NCBI GenBank assembly: GCA_020724065.1 | Contig: DYHQ01000001.1 | Span: 26,782-90,781 of the forward strand | Length of the DNA: 64,000 bases | Direction of reading: 5' to 3' | Origin: Candidatus Puniceispirillum sp. | GTDB taxonomy: Bacteria > Electryoneota > RPQS01 > DYHQ01 | In this document: one piece after another, positions 58,303-64,000 of the stretch | Layout of the letters: every line of letters begins with the position of its first letter | Numbering within the stretch: position 1 is the first letter of the stretch | Program-made: the position numbers and the translations under genes | Notes under the pieces: generated by a model | What the model was told of the DNA's origin: nothing | What the model saw: the letters and a program-made list of their open reading frames with translations, nothing else | The model's database searches: none

Positions 58303-58947
58303 ATGCGCGCGATTGTCACTGCAATTCTCTCCGTTTGTCTCTTGGCAGGCTCGACTCTGGGAGCTCAGAAAAAGGACTCTCGGGAACGGGGAAATGCATT
58401 TCTGAAATCCCTTGTTGTGCCCGGCTGGGGCCAGTTGGACAGCGGACATAAGCGGACAGCGACTCTGTTTGCCCTCGGGGAGTTGAGTCTGATTGGTGCG
58501 ATGTATGCTTCTCACAGTCGCGGAGTTGTCAAGCGAACTGACTATGAAGCCTACGCAGCTCAGTATGCCGGTGTCATAGGGGATCATTCTCATGATTTCT
58601 ATGTGGATGTTGGCAATTGGGACTGCGTGGAGGACTACAACGAGCAGCGACTGAAGGATCGTGAGTTTGACCAACTGTACACGAGTTCTTCCGATCGTTG
58701 GGGATGGGATTCCCATGAACATCGCGTTCGGATGAAAAAGATTCGAGTGCAGTCTGACGAGGCTTTCAATGCCGTCTATTATTTCGTCGGCGGCCTCATA
58801 TTGAATCACATCGCGAGCGCTATTCACGCAGGCCGCACGGCTCGGCCATCGCAAAGCCAGACTTCGGTTGTCCCGAACTGGCACCTGTCCGTCACCCCAA
58901 CGGCTGGCGTGCGTGGAGTAGCCGTTCGTCTGAGTTATCTTTTCTGA
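58303..58947 (+). CDS. Exported membrane protein, DUF5683-like (paralogue of the preceding gene)
   Basis: Signal peptide, AFLKSLVVPGWGQL, LNHIASAIHA, C-terminal VRLSYLF. Confidence 0.65.
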   Translation: MRAIVTAILSVCLLAGSTLGAQKKDSRERGNAFLKSLVVPGWGQLDSGHKRTATLFALGELSLIGAMYASHSRGVVKRTDYEAYAAQYAGVIGDHSHDFYVDVGNWDCVEDYNEQRLKDREFDQLYTSSSDRWGWDSHEHRVRMKKIRVQSDEAFNAVYYFVGGLILNHIASAIHAGRTARPSQSQTSVVPNWHLSVTPTAGVRGVAVRLSYLF

Positions 58948-58948
58948 T

Positions 58949-59839
58949 ATGCGAGTCCTTGTCACAGGGGCGACCGGTTTCATCGGTGCGCATCTCGGTA
59001 TGATACTGGCGAAAAGGCACGATGTGCTGGGGGTGGCATGCACCAGCCAGCATTTGCCTGATTTTCCCGTTTCCCGAACAGATTTGACCGAGCCCGATGC
59101 TTCGCGAAAACTTCTTCAGAGTTTTCCCCCAGATATTGTCATTCACTGCGCCGCCATGTCGCGAGTGATGGAATGTGAGGCGCATCCGGTGAAGGCAGAG
59201 GAAATCAATGTGCATGCGCCGCGAGAACTTGCCCTCCAAGCCGCCGCGCGCGGTGCACGCCTCCTCTTCTTTTCGAGCGACATGGTTTTTTCAGGAGAGA
59301 GAGGATATTACACCGAGCAAAGCCCGCCATCGCCTCAAAATGTCTATGGTTGGACGAAACTCCGCGCTGAAGCGGCGGTGCTTGAGGCAAACGCTCAAAA
59401 CATAGTCGTTCGTCTGAATTTGGTGGTCGGCAAGGGAAGAGGCTTTGGGACGAGTTTCACCGAGAGGATTCTCGATGAAATCAACAGGCGGGGCAAAGCA
59501 TCTTTGTTTACCGACCAGTTTCGATCCCCGATTCATGTGCGGTCTGTTGTTTTGGCTGCGACTCTGCTGACGGAAAGAGACATCTCCGGAATTCTCCATC
59601 TGGGAGGGTCGCAGAGGCTTAGTCGAGCCGAACTTGGACGAGCCTTGTGTCGGGCCGCCGGAATCGAGGAAGTGAAAATCGAAGAGGTTTCCTATTTGTC
59701 GCATCCGCAAGCCAGTCTGTTGCCGCGGGACACTTCTTTTGGCGTTGGCCGTCGAGAGATGGAGATGCCTGAATTGGAAGTCCGGCCGGTCGAAACTGAA
59801 CTGGCTGCGGATTTTGCGAAAGAGAGAGTCCTGTTGTGA
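58949..59839 (+). CDS. dTDP-4-dehydrorhamnose reductase (RmlD/RfbD)-like extended SDR
   Basis: TGATGFIG, IHCAA, SSDMVF.G, YGWTK (YxxxK), DQFRSP. Confidence 0.85.
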   Translation: MRVLVTGATGFIGAHLGMILAKRHDVLGVACTSQHLPDFPVSRTDLTEPDASRKLLQSFPPDIVIHCAAMSRVMECEAHPVKAEEINVHAPRELALQAAARGARLLFFSSDMVFSGERGYYTEQSPPSPQNVYGWTKLRAEAAVLEANAQNIVVRLNLVVGKGRGFGTSFTERILDEINRRGKASLFTDQFRSPIHVRSVVLAATLLTERDISGILHLGGSQRLSRAELGRALCRAAGIEEVKIEEVSYLSHPQASLLPRDTSFGVGRREMEMPELEVRPVETELAADFAKERVLL

Positions 59840-60270
59840 CTTATCGCCATCTCCATACGGGAACCCTCCTGCGTCTATTCGCCGGTGAGAGAGTGCCGGA
59901 AGCATTGACCGATTTTGCTCGCCGAGAAGGGTGGACTTCGGGATGGCTGCAGGGGATAGGTGGCGTCGAAGCTGTTGAGTTGGCCTATTTTGACCGGAGC
60001 ACCCGAGAATATCAGCGGAAGAAATTTGAAGGCGTCTTTGAGTTGATTAGCTGTGCCGGGAACTTGGCGATGGTTGATGATGAGCCTTTTTGGCATCTCC
60101 ATGCTCTCATAGCCGATGCGACTTATCAAGTCCTCGGAGGGCATCTTGTTGGACTGACCATCGCCGTGACGGGAGAGTTCTGGCTGACGCGCGGGGAAGG
60201 TTATGTTCAACGAACCATTGACCATGCGACAGGATTGAAGCTTCTGGATCTGGATTCCCATTTGAGGTGA
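59836..60270 (+). CDS. PPC/DUF296 domain protein
   Basis: GIG, ELISCAGN, HLHA, GGHL. Confidence 0.85.
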   Translation: MTYRHLHTGTLLRLFAGERVPEALTDFARREGWTSGWLQGIGGVEAVELAYFDRSTREYQRKKFEGVFELISCAGNLAMVDDEPFWHLHALIADATYQVLGGHLVGLTIAVTGEFWLTRGEGYVQRTIDHATGLKLLDLDSHLR

Positions 60271-60282
60271 GTTTTGCCGAAA

Positions 60283-60942
60283 ATGAGCGGCTTGGATGAA
60301 CGGCGATATTATGTTGCGATTGCGGGGAATATTGGCGTCGGTAAGACAACCTTGACCGAGGCGTTGGCTCGCCAATTGGGGTGGCGTTCCTATTTCGAGC
60401 CCGTCATAGATAATCCCTATTTGGATGACTTCTACGCGGATATGTCGCGATGGGCTTTCCATTTGCAGGTCTATTTTCTCTCGAAGCGTTTTGAAAGTCA
60501 GCGAGCGATCCTTGCCGAAGGCGCCTCCTGTATCCAAGACAGAACCATCTATGAAGATGTTGAGGTTTTCGCAACGACTCTGCATAACCGGGGTCACTTG
60601 GTTGGTCGTGACTGGGAGAATTACCGCGACCTCTTTCATGCGATGGTTTCTTTTTTGAAAGCGCCGGATCTTATTCTATATTTGCGTTGTGATATCCCGA
60701 CTCTCATTAGTCGTATCCGCCTTCGTGGAAGAGAATCGGAAAAAGGAATTGCCGTTTCCTACCTTGAGGAACTGAACGACGCCTACGAGAATTGGGCGGC
60801 GCGAGCCACGGCAATGACCCGGTTTGCGATTCTTGACACCGGAGGTCGTCAGGAACTTGATAGAAATGAAGTCCTCCACCGTGCCCTCGAACTCCTCCGA
60901 GTCCGACTCCAACTTGAGATTCCCTTCAAGTCGGCAACTTGA
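60283..60942 (+). CDS. Deoxynucleoside kinase (dAK/dCK/dGK family)
   Basis: AGNIGVGKTT, NPYLDDFY, QVYFL..R, DRTIYED, PDL..YL, RGR..E. Confidence 0.92.
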   Translation: MSGLDERRYYVAIAGNIGVGKTTLTEALARQLGWRSYFEPVIDNPYLDDFYADMSRWAFHLQVYFLSKRFESQRAILAEGASCIQDRTIYEDVEVFATTLHNRGHLVGRDWENYRDLFHAMVSFLKAPDLILYLRCDIPTLISRIRLRGRESEKGIAVSYLEELNDAYENWAARATAMTRFAILDTGGRQELDRNEVLHRALELLRVRLQLEIPFKSAT

Positions 60943-61738
60943 GCCGTCGCACACGGGAGATCCGCGTACGCGGCCTCTCTACCTGCCGCCTCTCTGGGGA
61001 GCTCTGGGAGTCCTTGTTCAGATTCGTCTTTGTTGCTGGGCAGGCCTCGATGTATCCTGGCAGGCGGTTGTGCCGCTCCTGTCGGGATTGGCTCTGATCC
61101 TCGGGGGGATGTCGTTGCGAACAGAGAAGATGGCATCATCAGAGACCAGACCGAGGCATGGCCGCATTCTCCTCTTAGGAGGGGTGGTCGTGGGATTTGC
61201 AGCAGGAGTGCCCTTCGGCCTATGGGCGCTCGGGGCAGCCCTGTTGCTTCTTCTTTCCAACGCTCTTTCCCAGCGTCTGGCATTCGTCTATGACCTCGTT
61301 ATTGCCGTCTTGGCCGGCTCAGTTTTCTTGGGTACGGCCACCGCATTCCGTGGCATCTTGTTGGGAGGATATCCGGCCGCGTTTGCCTTCTTTTTCTTCT
61401 TGGCCTGGTCGGCGACGCTCGCCGTCGAGACTTGGAAGGATGATCTTCAAAATCGCCGCCTGACACTTGCGACACTGATTGGACCTCGCGCCGCTTTGGT
61501 GATATCTGGAATTCTATTCTTCATCTTCGGCATCATCACCACTTGGCCTTTCTTGAATGAGTTCTACAGTTCGACCTATTTCTGGGTCATCGTGATTGGC
61601 GTGGACCTTCCATTGCTTTGGATGTGGGGGAAGTTGCGTGGACGGGATAAGCAGCTTTCGGAGCCTGCAATCGTGAAGTTCAACCGGCGGGCTCGGTGGC
61701 TGAGCTTTGCAGTTCTTCTTGCACTTCTCTTCGCATGA
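60824..61738 (+). CDS. UbiA-prenyltransferase-like polytopic membrane protein with degenerate Asp motifs; start unresolved
   Basis: About 8 hydrophobic segments, N-terminal TRP.YL, DD....LTLATLIG resembling the second UbiA motif. In-frame starts lie inside the upstream gene. Confidence 0.5.
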   Translation: MRFLTPEVVRNLIEMKSSTVPSNSSESDSNLRFPSSRQLEPSHTGDPRTRPLYLPPLWGALGVLVQIRLCCWAGLDVSWQAVVPLLSGLALILGGMSLRTEKMASSETRPRHGRILLLGGVVVGFAAGVPFGLWALGAALLLLLSNALSQRLAFVYDLVIAVLAGSVFLGTATAFRGILLGGYPAAFAFFFFLAWSATLAVETWKDDLQNRRLTLATLIGPRAALVISGILFFIFGIITTWPFLNEFYSSTYFWVIVIGVDLPLLWMWGKLRGRDKQLSEPAIVKFNRRARWLSFAVLLALLFA

Positions 61739-62328
61739 ATGCGCCCACAATCCGGTTGACTTTGGTCTCGCAGTCTCCCCGCCGAGCCAACCTGCTTGCC
61801 CTGTTGAATATCCCTTTTGACATTGTGGTCGCTCGCTCGTCCGAGAGGTGGATGGGGCGCAGCGCGTGCAAGATTGCCGAAGAGAACGCAGCGCGCAAGC
61901 TTCGAGCCTATATTTCGGACGGAGACCCTCACCGACTTCTTCTTGCCGCGGACACCTTGATTCAAGTTGGGCACCGTTTCCTGGGTAAGCCCATGGGTTC
62001 TGAATCCGCTGCGCGAATGCTCCGGATTCTTTCCGGTCGTTGGCATAAGGTCATCACCGGTTTGGCGCTGTCGGAGGATCCCCAAAGAGAAATTCTCGTC
62101 TCATGTGTTCAAACGGCGGTGTGTTTTCGTCGCCTTGACGCCGCAGATATTGCAGCGTACCTGCGTTCCGGCGAATGGCGCGGGAAGGCAGGAGGCTATG
62201 CGATTCAGGGGCGGGGGGCGGATTTTGTAGAAACCATAAACGGGAGCTTTTCCAATGTTGTCGGACTCCCCCTCGAGCTCTTGGCACGATGCCTCCGACA
62301 CCGATGGGGGCATTGCCAGTTTTTGTAG
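61735..62328 (+). CDS. maf: Maf/YhdE nucleoside triphosphate pyrophosphatase
   Basis: ATG 61735 (ATGA overlap). SQSPRR, AADT, LGKP, LSGRWH.V.TG, KAGGYAIQG, NVVGLP. Confidence 0.92.
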   Translation: MNAPTIRLTLVSQSPRRANLLALLNIPFDIVVARSSERWMGRSACKIAEENAARKLRAYISDGDPHRLLLAADTLIQVGHRFLGKPMGSESAARMLRILSGRWHKVITGLALSEDPQREILVSCVQTAVCFRRLDAADIAAYLRSGEWRGKAGGYAIQGRGADFVETINGSFSNVVGLPLELLARCLRHRWGHCQFL

Positions 62329-63154
62329 CGATCTGCGGGTTGGCCGCCGTGCCAAGGGCATTCCATTGGAGACAGTCGCAGCAAGAACCAGCATTCCCCT
62401 GACGGTTCTGGAAGCCTTGGAAGGCGGTCAATGGGAAGCGATTGAGAAGCCGTTTCTGACAGGCTATCTTCGCCAATACGCTCAAGCGGCCGGTCTGAAT
62501 GCCGACCAGATTCTGGCGCGGTTTCGGGAGCTGACCAAAGGACCTCCACAGGCCAACCGAGCTCAGGTGGATGACACCGGAGATCTCCACTCAACGCACG
62601 AGTTCGTCGGCGACACTCGAAGGAAAATCGTCGTAGGAGGATTTGTAGGAAGTCGTCGCTTCACTTTTGTGCTGTTCGTGTTTCTTCTGGCCGCTTTTCT
62701 CGCAATGCTCGTGTCGGCGAATCGTGGGCCCAGAGCGGCGGATATCGAAATGCCTTTTGAGCAGATCTTGAATTATGCTCAATCCATGTCTCGAGGCCCG
62801 ATTGAGTTCATTCCTCAAGAACAGCCGGGCGTTGCCGCTGGAGAGATAGGCCACCCCCAGACTCCGACAGTCTTTCGACATAGGATAGTCTATGATATTG
62901 TCGCATTTGAACCCTGTTTCGTCATGTTTCGACGCGGTGATGAAGTGGCATATCGTCGTCGGTTGCTTCCGCTTGATACGCTGCGCATTCCTGTTTCAGA
63001 TTCGCTTTTTGCCACCGTGACTCCTCGCGGACGAGCCGGACTCTTCACAGAGGGAAGGAGACTACCGTCCCAGAGTTCAAATGCAGCGACTATTGACACC
63101 TTTGAAATCTCCGCGAGATTGGAAATGGTCGAAGGCGGGGAGAACAACGATTGA
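62255..63154 (+). CDS. RodZ-like protein (XRE-type HTH, single TM, periplasmic domain)
   Basis: R..KGIPLE.VA..T.I...LEALE.G....GYLRQYA..GL, TM FVLFVFLLAAFLAML. Start uncertain. Confidence 0.7.
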   Translation: MLSDSPSSSWHDASDTDGGIASFCSDLRVGRRAKGIPLETVAARTSIPLTVLEALEGGQWEAIEKPFLTGYLRQYAQAAGLNADQILARFRELTKGPPQANRAQVDDTGDLHSTHEFVGDTRRKIVVGGFVGSRRFTFVLFVFLLAAFLAMLVSANRGPRAADIEMPFEQILNYAQSMSRGPIEFIPQEQPGVAAGEIGHPQTPTVFRHRIVYDIVAFEPCFVMFRRGDEVAYRRRLLPLDTLRIPVSDSLFATVTPRGRAGLFTEGRRLPSQSSNAATIDTFEISARLEMVEGGENND

Positions 63155-63247
63155 TGGGCATTCCATTCACGGCATTCCTACCGGTACTTTCGCTGATGAT
63201 TAGTCTTTGGAAGTGTTTTTTTGCAGAAAGACTTCGACAACAGCTTG

Positions 63248-63276
63248 TTGACTTTCCCATCCGAGATGGCTATATT
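63248..63276 (+). promoter_or_regulatory. sigma70-type promoter for pgsB
   Basis: TTGACT (63248-63253), 17 bp spacer, TATATT (63271-63276). Confidence 0.7.
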
Positions 63277-63302
63277 TGAGATGACAAATTGGTTGTGCGA
63301 CG

Positions 63303-64000
63303 ATGGTAGTCCTCATCCCTCTTCTTATCCTGCTACTTCTGTACGGAGTCATTGAGTTTCACCTTCATCAGCGCCGGGTCTATTCTATTCCGGTGCGTAT
63401 CCATGTCAACGGTACGCGTGGAAAATCGTCGGTGACCCGCCTCATTGCCGCGGGATTGCGGGCCGGCGGCATCAGAACCATGGCGAAAACGACCGGGACG
63501 CTCCCGCGAATCATTGATGAAAAAGGTCTTGAAGTTGAAATCGTCAGGCGAGATCGCGCCAACATTCTGGAGCAGGTCAAGGTATTCCGCTACTTCGCTC
63601 GACGCCAACCTCAGGCGGTGGTGGTCGAGTGCATGGCTGTTTGGCCGGAGTTTCAGTGGATTTCTGAGAGGCAACTCATTCATTCGACCATCGGCGTCAT
63701 CACCAATGCTCGACCCGACCATATTCGCGAGATGGGTCCGACCGTAGAGAATGTAACGCGTTCGCTATGCAACACGCTGCCGGCCCATGGCGTAGCCTAT
63801 ACCAGCGAGCAGCGGATGTTCGGACTAATGCAAGAGCAGGCACGCAAGGAGGACTGCAGACTCATCCAAGTTGATCCGTCATCGGTGACACCCGAAGAGC
63901 TTGCAGATTTCGACCACATCGAGCATGCAGAGAATGTATCGCTGGCCCTGGCGGTCTGTGAATCCCTTGATGTGCCACGCGGCGTTGCTTTGAAAGGGAT
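63303..64000 (+). CDS. pgsB: Poly-gamma-glutamate synthase PgsB/CapB (3'-truncated by window edge; absent from the ORF track)
   Basis: Manual translation from ATG 63303: MVVLIPLLILLLLYGVIEFHLHQRRVYSIPVRIHVNGTRGKSSVTRLIAAGLR..AKTTGT..ANILEQ..VVECMAV.PEFQ..GVITNARPDH..MGPT. Confidence 0.92.
   Translation, partial: MVVLIPLLILLLLYGVIEFHLHQRRVYSIPVRIHVNGTRGKSSVTRLIAAGLRAGGIRTMAKTTGTLPRIIDEKGLEVEIVRRDRANILEQVKVFRYFARRQPQAVVVECMAVWPEFQWISERQLIHSTIGVITNARPDHIREMGPTVENVTRSLCNTLPAHGVAYTSEQRMFGLMQEQARKEDCRLIQVDPSSVTPEELADFDHIEHAENVSLALAVCESLDVPRGVALKG

Noticed and set aside
1..64000. CRISPR arrays, tRNA/rRNA genes, IS elements, integrases, prophage
   Set aside because: No spaced direct repeats, cloverleaf/T-loop signatures or transposase/integrase/phage motifs were seen by eye. 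Intergenic gaps are short and mostly explained.

Overview
A 64 kb, gene-dense bacterial chromosomal segment with no recognisable rRNA, tRNA, CRISPR array or mobile element. It combines PorU/PorV and T9SS-type C-terminal domains (CTDs) with SMC, GatAB, split PurS/PurQ, Shine-Dalgarno sites and canonical sigma70-like promoters. This suggests an anaerobic non-Bacteroidia FCB-group lineage such as Calditrichota, KSB1 or Zixibacteria relatives (inference only). Layout: (1) 1-3 kb, a truncated lamin-tail/CTD protein and an ABC-F ATPase. (2) 3-16 kb, an energy-conservation cluster: probable arginine synthetase ArcE, carbamate kinase, sucCD, four-subunit 2-oxoacid:ferredoxin oxidoreductase, ndk, hbd, ackA and nfnAB. 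(3) 16-27 kb, a six-gene minus-strand outer-membrane locus: Asp-box T9SS cargo, TonB-dependent receptor (TBDR), Asp-rich CTD protein, lipoprotein, its own PorV paralogue and a second lipoprotein. It has no SusD and is the best candidate for an undescribed system. (4) 27.6-45.8 kb, housekeeping genes: ecfT, truA, tal, htrA, purB, a catalytically eroded purC, psd, pssA, purS, purQ, tatA, gatAB, smc, a GWxTD protein, an ABC ATPase and a REC-HD-GYP protein. (5) 46-59 kb, porU-porV behind a structured attenuator-like leader, followed by an M6-like pseudo-protease with CTD, a metallopeptidase/TolB/Omp85 fusion and two paralogous membrane proteins. (6) 59-64 kb, small housekeeping genes and the start of pgsB/capB. 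All assignments come from motifs read by eye; no searches or folding programs were run.
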